Shown: piece after piece, positions 9,565-19,291 of the stretch
Numbering within the stretch: the stretch's first letter is position 1
How the letters are laid out: every line of letters starts with the position of its first letter
Assembly: GCA_015068225.1 (NCBI GenBank)
Contig: SVKX01000001.1
Span: forward strand, 44,363 to 108,362
From: Oscillospiraceae bacterium
Lineage (GTDB): Bacteria; Bacillota; Clostridia; Oscillospirales; Oscillospiraceae
Direction of reading: 5' to 3'
DNA length: 64,000 nucleotides
Notes under the pieces: model-generated
What the model saw: the letters and a program-made list of their open reading frames with translations, nothing else
Told to the model about the DNA's origin: nothing
Databases searched by the model: none
Translations under genes and position numbers: made by a program

Positions 9565-9744
9565 AAGAAAACGATTACTTAAAGAAAATATCATAATTAC
9601 TATTGCAAATACTGGCCATACGCGCTATAATGATCGTGAGATGTCAGCATTTATTGAGAATAATAGACAATTATTTCCCAGCTGCGGGAGGAATTGCGGA
9701 ACCGATAAATGTCTGCAAAAAGAAAACATAGAAAACGATTTCTA
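9565..9744 (+). promoter_or_regulatory. SigmaA promoter flanked by two LacI-type operators
   Basis: TTGCAA(9603)-17 nt-TATAAT(9626). Near-palindromes AAGAAAACGATTACTT (9565-9580) and TAGAAAACGATTTCTA (9729-9744), both with a central CG. Confidence 0.7.
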
Positions 9745-9765
9745 AATTCAGGAGGGCATAAAACA

Positions 9766-10533
9766 ATGAAGATCTGGACGAAAAAAGTAGTAAATCTGCC
9801 GGTACATACCTTTGAGACCCGGGAGGAGATGGGCAAGGCTGCCGCTATCGATGCTGCAGAGCGCATCAATGCCGTTATCGCGGAAAAGGGCGAGGCCAAT
9901 GTGGTTTTTGCCGCCGCTCCCTCTCAGAATGACCTGCTGGAGAATCTGCTGAAGCAGGACATCGACTGGTCCAAGGTTCGCGGCTTCCATCAGGACGAGT
10001 ATGTGGGCATTGATGATACCGAGCCTGCAGGCTTCGGCAACTTCCTGCGCCGGGCGATTTTCGATAAGGTGAATTTCAAGGAGCTGCACTTCCTGCTGTG
10101 CGATGCAGACAAGGCAGAGGCAAAGTGCGAGGAGTACACCGCACTGCTGAAGAAGTACCCCATCGACCTGATCTTCCTGGGCGTTGGTGAGAACGGCCAC
10201 CTGGCTTTCAATGATCCCGCTGTTGCGGATTTTGAGGATCCCAAGATGGTCAAGATCGTAGAGCTGGATGATGTGTGCCGCCAGCAGCAGGTCAATGACG
10301 GCTGCTTTGCTACTCTGAACGATGTTCCCAAGCAGGCTATGACTCTGACCATGTCCTGCATCATGAGCATTCCCCATGCTATCTGCGTTGTTCCCACCGA
10401 CCGCAAGGCCAATGCCATCCGCGGCGCCCTGGAGGGACCTGTTACCACCGAGTGCCCCGCCAGCATCCTGCGCAACCATAGCAATGCTGCTCTGTATCTG
10501 GATCAGTACAGCGCATCCAAGCTGGAGGGCTGA
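9766..10533 (+). CDS. Glucosamine-6-phosphate deaminase-like (NagB fold) variant
   Basis: FHQDEYVG, LGVGENGHLAFNDP and CPASIL..H motifs. The phosphate loop reads FAAAPSQ. Confidence 0.8.
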   Translation: MKIWTKKVVNLPVHTFETREEMGKAAAIDAAERINAVIAEKGEANVVFAAAPSQNDLLENLLKQDIDWSKVRGFHQDEYVGIDDTEPAGFGNFLRRAIFDKVNFKELHFLLCDADKAEAKCEEYTALLKKYPIDLIFLGVGENGHLAFNDPAVADFEDPKMVKIVELDDVCRQQQVNDGCFATLNDVPKQAMTLTMSCIMSIPHAICVVPTDRKANAIRGALEGPVTTECPASILRNHSNAALYLDQYSASKLEG

Positions 10534-10535
10534 GC

Positions 10536-10829
10536 ATGACCCTTCCTGAAATCATGGAGGTCTTGATGATCCTGAGCTTCGGCGCGTCCTGGCCTCTGAA
10601 TGTGATTAAATCCTTCCGCTCCAGAACCACAAAGGGTAAAAGCCTGCCGTTTCTGCTGCTGATCTTTTTCGGCTATATCTGCGGCATCATCGGCAAGCTC
10701 ACCGCACCGGTGCTCAATGGCTTTGTTCTGTTCTTCTACGTCCTGAACCTGGTGATGGTAGGTACGGATCTGGTGCTTTATGCGCGCAATTACCGTCTGG
10801 ATAAGCAGGCGGAAAAAGAAGCTGTGTGA
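10536..10829 (+). CDS. Small 3-TM PQ-loop/SemiSWEET-like membrane protein
   Basis: SWP.NVIKS.RSRTTKGKS..FL motif and three hydrophobic helices in 97 aa. Confidence 0.65.
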   Translation: MTLPEIMEVLMILSFGASWPLNVIKSFRSRTTKGKSLPFLLLIFFGYICGIIGKLTAPVLNGFVLFFYVLNLVMVGTDLVLYARNYRLDKQAEKEAV

Positions 10830-10856
10830 TCAGCACAGCAGATAAGGAGGCAAACG

Positions 10857-11594
10857 ATGTTTTGGAATACCGCTGACGAGATCATGGAAAAAGATCCCGA
10901 TCTTGCTATTATTCCCGTTGGCTCTTTGGAGCAGCACGGCCCCCATCTGCCGGTTATGACAGACTGGGCCATTGCTTTTGAGCTGGGCAAGCGGGTGGCA
11001 AAGAGAATGGGTGCTTTTCTGGTGCCTGCGTTGCCTATCTCCACCTGCCGGGAGCAGATGGGTAAGAAAGGCTCTGTGTGGATGGAACCGCCTACCTTCT
11101 ATCAGATGATGACGGACATTATCATGAGCCTGAAGGTACAGGGCTTTAAAAGAGTGGGCATTCTGCAGTGCCACGGCGGCATCTTCATTATGACTCCGCT
11201 GGTGCGGGATCTGAATGCCAAGTATAACCCTGACCTGATGGTGGCAGTGGTGGATTCCGGTACATTTGGCCCCACGCTGCTGAAGGAAGGAATTATTGAA
11301 ACCACCGAGCTTCATGCAGGCGAGGGCGAGACCTCCAAGATTCTGGCCATCGCGCCGGAAACGGTACATATGGATAAGGCGCTGGACTTCGTGCCCGATG
11401 TTCCCCGTCCCTACTTAAGCTATGGCAGCATTTTCCGGGCATCTCCCACTGGTGTGTGGGGTGAAGCTACCAGGGCAACGGCGGAAAAGGGCGAAAAGAT
11501 GTTTGCCCGCAGCGCTGAACTGGCAGAGGAAGAGCTGAATAAGGCGTTTGCTTACATGCAGTCCAAGGAAAAATTCAATTACAGTTATTTTTAA
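10857..11594 (+). CDS. Creatininase-family amidohydrolase
   Basis: PVGSLEQHGPHLP..TD, HGG, HAGEGETS and GVWG motifs. Confidence 0.88.
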   Translation: MFWNTADEIMEKDPDLAIIPVGSLEQHGPHLPVMTDWAIAFELGKRVAKRMGAFLVPALPISTCREQMGKKGSVWMEPPTFYQMMTDIIMSLKVQGFKRVGILQCHGGIFIMTPLVRDLNAKYNPDLMVAVVDSGTFGPTLLKEGIIETTELHAGEGETSKILAIAPETVHMDKALDFVPDVPRPYLSYGSIFRASPTGVWGEATRATAEKGEKMFARSAELAEEELNKAFAYMQSKEKFNYSYF

Positions 11595-11610
11595 ATAAGG
11601 AGTCGTACAT

Positions 11611-12681
11611 ATGAACAAACTTCGCGTACTGCTGGTCGGCGCTGCTTTCTCTGCTGACCTCCACTCTGACGGCTATAGCCGTATTCTGGACAAGGTCCAG
11701 ATCGTTGGTATCTGCGACAAGGATATCAGCCGCATCCATGCTCTGGCAGAGCGCTATGGCTTCACCGGCTACACCGCCTATGATGATTACAACACCGCTA
11801 TCGCCGAGTGCGAATGTGATCTGGTGGACATCTGCATGCCCAACTTCCTGCACCATGATGTGGCCATCAAGGCCATGAACGCCGGCCGTGACATCATCTG
11901 CGAAAAGCCTCTGGCTACTACTGTTGAGGATGCGCAGGACATGGTCGACACTGCCGAGCGTCTGGGCAAACACATCTACTACGCTGAGGACTGGCTCTTT
12001 GCTCCCGCCTTCCGCAAGGCTAAGGCGATCATGGAGAGCGGCCAGCTGGGCAAGCCCCTGTATATCCGCGCCCGTGAGTGCCACTCCGGCTCTCACAGCC
12101 CCTTCGCACAGCTCATCAAGTACTGTGGTGGCGGCTGCATGGTCCATCTGGGCGTGCATCCCGTCTGCTTCCTGTTGGCCCTGAAGGACAACAAGTGGAG
12201 TGAGCTGACCGCCATGACCTCCGGCGGTCTGGAGAACAATCTGATCCATCATAAGATGGAGGGCGAGGACTGGGCAGGTGCATTCGTCCGCTTCGCCGAC
12301 GGCACGTTTGCCACCATGGAAGCCAACTATGTCACCATCGGCGGCATGGAAGACATCATGGACATCTACTGCGAGCGCGGCACCATCCATGTGGACCTTT
12401 CCTTCCGCGGCCCCGTGCAGGCATTCTCCATTGACGGTCTGGACTACACCATCGAAAAGGCTGAAGTCACTACCGGTTGGTCCAATGTAGCTGTTGATGA
12501 AAAGTATCAGCTGGGCTACTGCGGCGAAATCAATCACTTTGTGGACTGCGCCATGAATGGCCAGGATGCCCAGGTGGGTCTGCGCGGCGTAGACGGTCTG
12601 GAAGCAATGCGCGTGATCAATCTGATTTACAAATCTGCCAAGGAAGGCGTAAACGTAAAAAATGACAAGCTGGAGGCATGA
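11611..12681 (+). CDS. Gfo/Idh/MocA family oxidoreductase
   Basis: N-terminal Rossmann fold, CEKPLA and GGG.MVHLGVH. Confidence 0.88.
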   Translation: MNKLRVLLVGAAFSADLHSDGYSRILDKVQIVGICDKDISRIHALAERYGFTGYTAYDDYNTAIAECECDLVDICMPNFLHHDVAIKAMNAGRDIICEKPLATTVEDAQDMVDTAERLGKHIYYAEDWLFAPAFRKAKAIMESGQLGKPLYIRARECHSGSHSPFAQLIKYCGGGCMVHLGVHPVCFLLALKDNKWSELTAMTSGGLENNLIHHKMEGEDWAGAFVRFADGTFATMEANYVTIGGMEDIMDIYCERGTIHVDLSFRGPVQAFSIDGLDYTIEKAEVTTGWSNVAVDEKYQLGYCGEINHFVDCAMNGQDAQVGLRGVDGLEAMRVINLIYKSAKEGVNVKNDKLEA

Positions 12682-15182
12682 TTATGAAGCAGACATTGCC
12701 TGATATTCAGATCCCCGTCACCATTGGCGGCGTGACCTTTAAGAACCCTTTCTATGTGGCTTCCGGCCCTACCACCAAGTCTGTCCGGCAGCTGGTGGAA
12801 ATCGAAAGAACCGGATGGGCTGCTGCCAGCATCAAGCTGAGCATCGACCCCGCTCCCTATATCAACCGCAAGCCCCGCTACGGCATTTTCAAGGACCGTA
12901 ACGCTTTGGCCTTTACCACAGAAAAGCGTCTGACCTTCAAGCAGGGTCTGAAGCTGGTGGAGGATGCCAAAAAGGTGCTGACTGACCTGAAGCTGATGGC
13001 CAACATCACCTATGCCGGTGATGAGGGTGTTTCCGGCTGGGTCAACATGGCAAAGAAGTTTGAAGAAGTGGGCGCAGACATCATTGAGCTGAATATGTGC
13101 TGCCCCAATATGTCCTATAATCTGGAGCTGACCAGCGGCGGCAGCCAGTCCGCTGCCAAGCAGACCGGCGCCAGCATGGGTCAGAATGCCAATGTGGCGG
13201 CAGAGATCGTCAAGGCGGTTAAGGAAGCTATTTCCATCCCCCTGTTCGTCAAGCTGACCCCCGAGGGCGGCAAGATCGCACAGGTGGCAAAGTCCTTGTA
13301 CGAGGCCGGCGCGGATGCAGTTGGCGGCACCGGCAACCGTATGGGCATTCCTCCCATCAATCTGGACAATCCCGAGCGGGCTTTCTATCACCTGCAGGAT
13401 GAGGTCAGCATGAGCTGCTACTGCTCTTCCTGGCTGAAGCCTCTGGCACAGAGAGATACATATGAGATCCGCAAGGTCTGCGGCAAGGAGCCTCCCATCA
13501 TGGCTGCCGGCGGCATCCGGGATTGGAAGGACGCTGTGGAAATGGTCATGTGCGGCGGCAACCTTGTGGGTGTGTGCGCTGAGACCCTGATCTCCGGTTA
13601 CGACATTGTCCGGCCCATGATCTCCGGCATGCATGATTACATGGAAAAGCACGGCTACAAGACTCTGGATGACTTCCGCAGCATTCTGGTGGATGAAGTC
13701 AAGACTGCCACCGATGTTACCTTGTACGACGGCTATGCCCGGATCAAGGAGCCCAACCTTTCCGCTCCCTGTAAGAGCAGCTGCCCCCATCATGTACCGG
13801 TTCAGGCCTATGTGCAGAAGATCGCCAAGGGCGAATACAAGGAAGCCTTCGATCTGATCACCGGAAAGAATGCGCTGCAGAATCTGTGCGCTCTGGTCTG
13901 CACCCATCCCTGTGAGGATGCTTGCATCCGCGGCGGTTTTGATTCTCCTGTGAAGATCCGGGAGCTGAAGCGCTTTGTACTGGAGTACGGCAAGGCCCAG
14001 GGCTGGAAGCCCGCATGGTGTACTGCCGAGCCCAACGGCCACAAGGTGGCTGTCATTGGTGCAGGCCCCTGCGGCCTCAGTGCAGCTGCCGAGCTGCTCA
14101 AGGGCGGCTATGATGTGACAGTATTCGAGAAAGAGGCCAACGCCGGCGGTATGCTGCGTTACGGCACGCCCAACTATGCCTACAACAAGCAGATTCTGGA
14201 CGAAGAGATTGAGAATCTGAAGCAGTACGGTGTGAAGTTTGTGTTCGGTGCAGAAATCACCGATACAGCCGATCTGAAGGCACAGGGCTTTGAGCGGGCC
14301 TTTGCTGCGGTCGGCGCCAACAAGTGCTGCGATATGGGCGTAGAGGGCGAGGATGCGCTGTCCTTCCTGTATCAGCTCAACTGCGGCGAAACTCCCAAGG
14401 TGGAAGAGCGGGTAGCGGTGATCGGCAGCGGCTTTGCCGCACTGGATGCAGCCCGTTGTGCCGTGCGTCTGGGCGCGAAGAATGTAACCGTTCTTACCGA
14501 TGGCACCATCTCCAAGCGCAGCGCCGATCAGGAATCTGTGAAGCTTGCCAAGGAAGAGGGCGTTGCGGTTCTGGAGGGCGTGTGCGATGTGAAGCGCGTT
14601 GATGGCGGCATCTGCTTTACCAAGGACGGCGCTTCCATGGAACTGAAGTGCGCCCAGGTACTGGTTGCCAATCCCTATGTCACCCAGCTTCCTGCAGGTG
14701 ACGAGGACTTCCTGATGGTAAGCGGCCAGCGTATCACCAATGTGATCTCTGCCATTTCCGCCGGCAAGAATGCAGCAGCGGCCATCGATGCCCAGCTTCG
14801 GGGTGAAAATGCGGTGATCCAGCCTGTTTCTACCGTCAAGACCGTCAGCGCAGAGCTGGTCCGTAAGCGCACCGGCTATCTGAAGCGGGATGTGAACCCT
14901 GTCAAGCTCAATGCCGATGCGGCTACCCGCGTTCAGGGATTTGAAGCATACAGCCGGGTCATGACCGAGGCCGAGGCAATGAAGGAAGCTTCCCGCTGCC
15001 TGAACTGCGGCTGCGGTGAGGGCTGCCAGCTGTGCAAGACCATTTGTACCGACTTTGCTCCCGAGGTCATCGATGCCGACACCATGCACATCCGTAAGGA
15101 AGAGTGTGTGGCCTGCGGTATGTGCTTCAACCGCTGCCCCAACGGCAACATTGAAATGGTCAACCTGGGTGAGAAGGTATAA
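12678..15182 (+). CDS. Dihydropyrimidine-dehydrogenase-like Fe-S flavoprotein (FMN barrel + GltD/PreT-like + 2x[4Fe-4S])
   Basis: KNPFYVASGP, ELNMCCPN, VKLTP, PC...CP and C..VC..PCE..C, VAVIGAGPCG, GGMLRYG, and C-terminal CxxCxxCxxxCP motifs. Confidence 0.8.
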   Translation: MIMKQTLPDIQIPVTIGGVTFKNPFYVASGPTTKSVRQLVEIERTGWAAASIKLSIDPAPYINRKPRYGIFKDRNALAFTTEKRLTFKQGLKLVEDAKKVLTDLKLMANITYAGDEGVSGWVNMAKKFEEVGADIIELNMCCPNMSYNLELTSGGSQSAAKQTGASMGQNANVAAEIVKAVKEAISIPLFVKLTPEGGKIAQVAKSLYEAGADAVGGTGNRMGIPPINLDNPERAFYHLQDEVSMSCYCSSWLKPLAQRDTYEIRKVCGKEPPIMAAGGIRDWKDAVEMVMCGGNLVGVCAETLISGYDIVRPMISGMHDYMEKHGYKTLDDFRSILVDEVKTATDVTLYDGYARIKEPNLSAPCKSSCPHHVPVQAYVQKIAKGEYKEAFDLITGKNALQNLCALVCTHPCEDACIRGGFDSPVKIRELKRFVLEYGKAQGWKPAWCTAEPNGHKVAVIGAGPCGLSAAAELLKGGYDVTVFEKEANAGGMLRYGTPNYAYNKQILDEEIENLKQYGVKFVFGAEITDTADLKAQGFERAFAAVGANKCCDMGVEGEDALSFLYQLNCGETPKVEERVAVIGSGFAALDAARCAVRLGAKNVTVLTDGTISKRSADQESVKLAKEEGVAVLEGVCDVKRVDGGICFTKDGASMELKCAQVLVANPYVTQLPAGDEDFLMVSGQRITNVISAISAGKNAAAAIDAQLRGENAVIQPVSTVKTVSAELVRKRTGYLKRDVNPVKLNADAATRVQGFEAYSRVMTEAEAMKEASRCLNCGCGEGCQLCKTICTDFAPEVIDADTMHIRKEECVACGMCFNRCPNGNIEMVNLGEKV

Positions 15183-15193
15183 GGGACGCAGTA

Positions 15194-15457
15194 ATGACTT
15201 CTACGCTGAAAAAATTATCGATCGTCTACATAGTTCTTGCGGTAATCACAGGGATTATTGGTCTTCTTGTATACGAGAAGGTTAAGTATATTCTAAACCT
15301 TCGTTTTATAGCAGTTTGCATTGTTGCTGCTATTCCTGTTTTGTCTGTGCTAACTGCTATAGCACTACGCAAGATCCATGAGGAGTTGGAGGCAGAGAAA
15401 GTATCTACAGCGCAGATGATCGCGGAACTGAAAAAGAAACTGGAAGAACAGCCCTGA
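15194..15457 (+). CDS. Hypothetical 2-TM protein with C-terminal coiled coil
   Basis: 87-aa ORF in operon orientation, visibly AT-richer than its neighbours. Confidence 0.6.
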   Translation: MTSTLKKLSIVYIVLAVITGIIGLLVYEKVKYILNLRFIAVCIVAAIPVLSVLTAIALRKIHEELEAEKVSTAQMIAELKKKLEEQP

Positions 15458-15493
15458 CGGGGCGAATAATCATACATAACACAGGAGGTTACT

Positions 15494-16315
15494 ATGTACA
15501 ACATTAGCTTTGATATTACCGGCCAGGTGGCCGTCATTACCGGTGCCGGCGGCATCATCTGCGGCACCATGGCCCGTGAAATGGCCAAGAAGGGCGCAAA
15601 GATCGCTCTGCTGGACCTGTTTGTAGACAATGCCCAGAAGATCGCCGACGAGATCAATGCCGCAGGCGGCGACGCCATCGCGGTAAAGGCCAACGTTCTG
15701 GATCGGGAGAGCCTGGAGCAGGCCCGTGAGGAAGTGGTTGCCCACTTCGGTCATATCGACATCCTCATCAACGGCGCCGGCGGCAACAAGAAGGAAGCCA
15801 CCGTTTCCGCTGACCGGGATTTCTTCCACCTGGACCTGAATGCTTTCAAGTGGGTCTTCGACCTGAACGTTACCGGCGCTGTGCTGACCACCATGGTTTT
15901 CGGCGAGCTGCTGGCCAAGCAGGGCCGCGGCAATGTTATCAACATTGCTTCCATGTCCAGCTACCATCCCCTGACCAACACCGCCGCTTACTGCGGTGCC
16001 AAGGCTGCGGTTGCCAACTTCACCGAGTGGATGGCTACCCACTTCAACCAGAACTACAGCAATGACATCCGCGTCAATGCGATCGCTCCCGGTTTCCTGC
16101 TGACCAACCAGAACCGGTTCCTGCTGACCAAGGAAGAGGACGGCTCTCCCACGGACCGTGGTATGCGTGTTCTGGCCAAGACCCCCATGGGCCGCTACGG
16201 CGATCCCGAGGAGATGGTCGGTCCCGTGATCTTCCTGTGCAGCGAGGCAGCTTCCTTCGTCAACGGCGCAGTCATTCCTGTTGACGGCGGCTTCTCCTCC
16301 TACTGGGGCGTATAA
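15494..16315 (+). CDS. SDR oxidoreductase, D-mannonate oxidoreductase (UxuB/YjmF)-like
   Basis: TGAGGIIC, NGAGGN, YCGAK, RVNAIAPGF..NQNR.LL and PVDGGFS.Y.GV. Confidence 0.8.
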   Translation: MYNISFDITGQVAVITGAGGIICGTMAREMAKKGAKIALLDLFVDNAQKIADEINAAGGDAIAVKANVLDRESLEQAREEVVAHFGHIDILINGAGGNKKEATVSADRDFFHLDLNAFKWVFDLNVTGAVLTTMVFGELLAKQGRGNVINIASMSSYHPLTNTAAYCGAKAAVANFTEWMATHFNQNYSNDIRVNAIAPGFLLTNQNRFLLTKEEDGSPTDRGMRVLAKTPMGRYGDPEEMVGPVIFLCSEAASFVNGAVIPVDGGFSSYWGV

Positions 16316-16327
16316 GGAGGTAAAACT

Positions 16328-17419
16328 ATGCAGTATCATCACGTAGAATATGGCAAGCTCCATGAGTTTTGCATCAAGGTATTCCAGGGCTACGGCTTTA
16401 ATGAAGAAGAGGCCGGCCAGATCACCGATGTTCTGCTGGCAGCAGACCTGAGCGGTATCGAGTCCCACGGCATTCAGCGCCTGATCCGCTACCACAAGGA
16501 GATCACCGGCGGTATGGTCAAGCTGGGCGCCAAGCCTGAGATCGTTTTCGAGACCCCTCTGTCTGCCGTCATCGAGGGCAATGACGCCATGGGTCAGACC
16601 CTGGGCGTGCAGGCTATGCAGCTGGCCATCGATAAGGCCAAGAAGTCCGGCTTCGGCATGGTTACCGTCCGTAACTCCAACCACTATGGCATCGCCGGCT
16701 ACTATACCAAGCTGGCTGCTGAGCAGGGCCTTGTAGGTATGTGTATGACCAATACCGAGGCCATCATGGTCCCCACCTTCGGCAAGCAGGCCATGCTGGG
16801 CACCAACCCCATCGCTTTTGCGATGCCCGCGCAGCCCACCATCTACTCCTTTGACGCCGCCACCACCGTTGTCCCCCGTGGCAAGCTGGAGGTGTATGTC
16901 AAGCGTGGCAACGGCCTGCCTGTTGGCTGGGCTGTGGACGAGGAGGGTCACGACAGCGACGATGCTGACCGCGTGCTGAAGAACATCATTGCCAAGACCG
17001 GCGGCGGCATTCTGCCTCTGGGCGGCTCCGGCGAGATGACCTCCGGCTACAAGGGCTATGGCTTCGCTATGCTTTGCGAGATCGCTACCGCCATCCTTTC
17101 CGGCGGCACCACTTCCAACTATATTTACAAGACTCCTGGCCGTTCCAACATTGCCCACTGCTTCATCGCGCTGGATCACGGCATGTTCGGCGACAAGGCA
17201 GAGATCGAGGCGAACCTGTCCAAGTATCTGCAGGAGATCCGGGAATCTGCCAAGGCAGAGGGTCAGGACCGCATCTTCATCCACGGCGAAAAGGAAGCCG
17301 AGGCCAAGGAGCGGGTGCTGCGTGAGGGTGTTTCCCTGAACGAAAAGACCTACGCCGAGATGGAAATGATCGCCGAGTACACCGGCGCTACCGCCTATCT
17401 GCCTGCTTACATCGACTGA
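16328..17419 (+). CDS. LDH2 (malate/L-lactate/ureidoglycolate dehydrogenase) family oxidoreductase
   Basis: ADL.GIESHG, RNSNHYG, GTNPIAF and GYKGYG motifs. Confidence 0.88.
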   Translation: MQYHHVEYGKLHEFCIKVFQGYGFNEEEAGQITDVLLAADLSGIESHGIQRLIRYHKEITGGMVKLGAKPEIVFETPLSAVIEGNDAMGQTLGVQAMQLAIDKAKKSGFGMVTVRNSNHYGIAGYYTKLAAEQGLVGMCMTNTEAIMVPTFGKQAMLGTNPIAFAMPAQPTIYSFDAATTVVPRGKLEVYVKRGNGLPVGWAVDEEGHDSDDADRVLKNIIAKTGGGILPLGGSGEMTSGYKGYGFAMLCEIATAILSGGTTSNYIYKTPGRSNIAHCFIALDHGMFGDKAEIEANLSKYLQEIRESAKAEGQDRIFIHGEKEAEAKERVLREGVSLNEKTYAEMEMIAEYTGATAYLPAYID

Positions 17420-17435
17420 TACGAAGAGGCCGAAT

Positions 17436-18071
17436 ATGGATCTGGAAAGTATTAAAATCAATTTTCTGGGTGACAGCATTACATTCGGCATCCGATCCAC
17501 CACACCGGAAAAGAGCTTTCTTGGCCGACTTCAGGAGAAGTATCCCAACAGCGTGATGCGTAATTACGGAGCATGTGCCTCCAGCATTGCCAATCAGAAT
17601 GTGTGGGGAACGCCTTCCTTTTGCAAGCGGGCAGAGGAGATGAATCCGGACGCAGACGCGGTGGTGGTATTTGGCGGCACCAACGATTTTGGAACCGGCG
17701 TCCCTCTCGGGACGCCGGAGGACCGCACAGAAGATACTTTTTACGGGGCTTGCTTCAGCTTGTTCCGGAAGCTTCTGGAGCGCTATCCCGGAAAGCCCAT
17801 TATTGTGGTGACCCCGCTGCACAGGCTTTTTGAATGTGCCAGTGTGTATCAGGAACGGCAGCTTGCTGCTCCGCTTAAGGAATATGTGCGGGTTTTAAAG
17901 GAAACTGCGGAATACTTCGCCTTTCCTGTGATTGATCTGCATGCCACCAGCGGACTGCAGCCTGCATTCGATATGATTTGTGAGGGCTTTATGCCCGACG
18001 GCATCCATCCCAATGATGCCGGCCATGAAATTTTATTTAAAAAAATGGATGCCGCTCTTCGGCAGCTATAA
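17436..18071 (+). CDS. SGNH/GDSL hydrolase (probable O-acetylesterase)
   Basis: GDSIT, GGTND and DGIHP motifs. Confidence 0.88.
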   Translation: MDLESIKINFLGDSITFGIRSTTPEKSFLGRLQEKYPNSVMRNYGACASSIANQNVWGTPSFCKRAEEMNPDADAVVVFGGTNDFGTGVPLGTPEDRTEDTFYGACFSLFRKLLERYPGKPIIVVTPLHRLFECASVYQERQLAAPLKEYVRVLKETAEYFAFPVIDLHATSGLQPAFDMICEGFMPDGIHPNDAGHEILFKKMDAALRQL

Positions 18072-18089
18072 TAGAAAGGAAAATGTGTT

Positions 18090-19262
18090 ATGGATTACGC
18101 AAAGGAAAGCCTTAAGAAGCACGCCGAGTGGGGCGGCAAGATTGAAGTGATCTGCACTGTGCCCTGCAAGACTAAGGACGATCTGTCCCTGGCATATACC
18201 CCCGGTGTTGCACAGCCCTGTCTGGAGATCCAGAAGGATGTCAATAAATCTTATGAGCTGACCCGCCGTCACAATCTGTGCGCCGTTATCACCGACGGCA
18301 CCGCCGTTCTGGGTCTGGGCGATATCGGCCCCGAGGCCGGCATGCCTGTTATGGAGGGCAAGTGCGCCCTGTTTAAGTCCTTCGGCGATGTGGACGCCAT
18401 TCCCCTGTGCGTCAAGAGCAAGGATGTTGACGAGTTTGTCAATGCTGTTTATCTGATGTCCGGCTCCTTCGGCGGCATCAATCTGGAGGATATTTCCGCT
18501 CCCCGCTGCTTTGAGATCGAGCGCAAGCTGAAGGAAAAGTGCGACATTCCCATCTTCCATGACGATCAGCACGGTACTGCTGTCATTACTCTGGCAGGCC
18601 TCATGAATGCGCTGAAGGTTGTTGGCAAGAAGAAAGAGGATGTGAAGATCGTTACTTCCGGTGCCGGTGCCGCTGCCATCGCCATTGTGAAGCTGCTGCT
18701 CAGCGCCGGCTTTAAGAATGTGATCATGACCGACCGTACCGGTGCGATCTATGCCGGCCGCGAGGGCCTGAACTGGATCAAGGAAGAAATGGCTCAGGTC
18801 ACCAACCTGAACAAGGAGCAGGGCAAGCTCTCCGATGTGATCGTGGGCGCGGATGTGTTTATCGGCGTTTCCGCTCCCGGCACACTGACCACTGATATGG
18901 TCAAGACCATGGCCAAGGATGCCATCATCTTCGCTTGCGCCAACCCCACTCCTGAGATCTTCCCCGCCGATGCCAAGGCAGGCGGTGCCCGCGTGATCGC
19001 TACCGGCCGCAGTGACTTCCCCAACCAGATCAACAATGTTCTGGCATTCCCCGGCATTTTCCGCGGCACCTTCGATGTCCGCGCATCCGATATCAATGAG
19101 GAGATGAAGGTGGCTGCCGCCAATGCGCTGGCAAACCTGATCTCTGATGACGAGCTGAATGAAGAATACATCATTCCTGCCGCTTTTGACGAGCGTGTTG
19201 GCCCCGCAGTCGCCAAGGCTGTTGCCGAGGCTGCCCGTGCTACCGGTGTTGCCCGGATCTGA
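18090..19262 (+). CDS. NAD(P)-dependent malic enzyme
   Basis: [22 protein letters not shown] and [12 protein letters not shown]. Confidence 0.93.
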   Translation: MDYAKESLKKHAEWGGKIEVICTVPCKTKDDLSLAYTPGVAQPCLEIQKDVNKSYELTRRHNLCAVITDGTAVLGLGDIGPEAGMPVMEGKCALFKSFGDVDAIPLCVKSKDVDEFVNAVYLMSGSFGGINLEDISAPRCFEIERKLKEKCDIPIFHDDQHGTAVITLAGLMNALKVVGKKKEDVKIVTSGAGAAAIAIVKLLLSAGFKNVIMTDRTGAIYAGREGLNWIKEEMAQVTNLNKEQGKLSDVIVGADVFIGVSAPGTLTTDMVKTMAKDAIIFACANPTPEIFPADAKAGGARVIATGRSDFPNQINNVLAFPGIFRGTFDVRASDINEEMKVAAANALANLISDDELNEEYIIPAAFDERVGPAVAKAVAEAARATGVARI

Positions 19263-19291
19263 TGGATAGTCACCTATAAGGAGGAAGCATC

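Noticed and set aside
12627-17503. Long minus-strand ORFs (820 aa and 677 aa)
   Set aside because: Mirror frames of strongly biased sense genes with clear family motifs.
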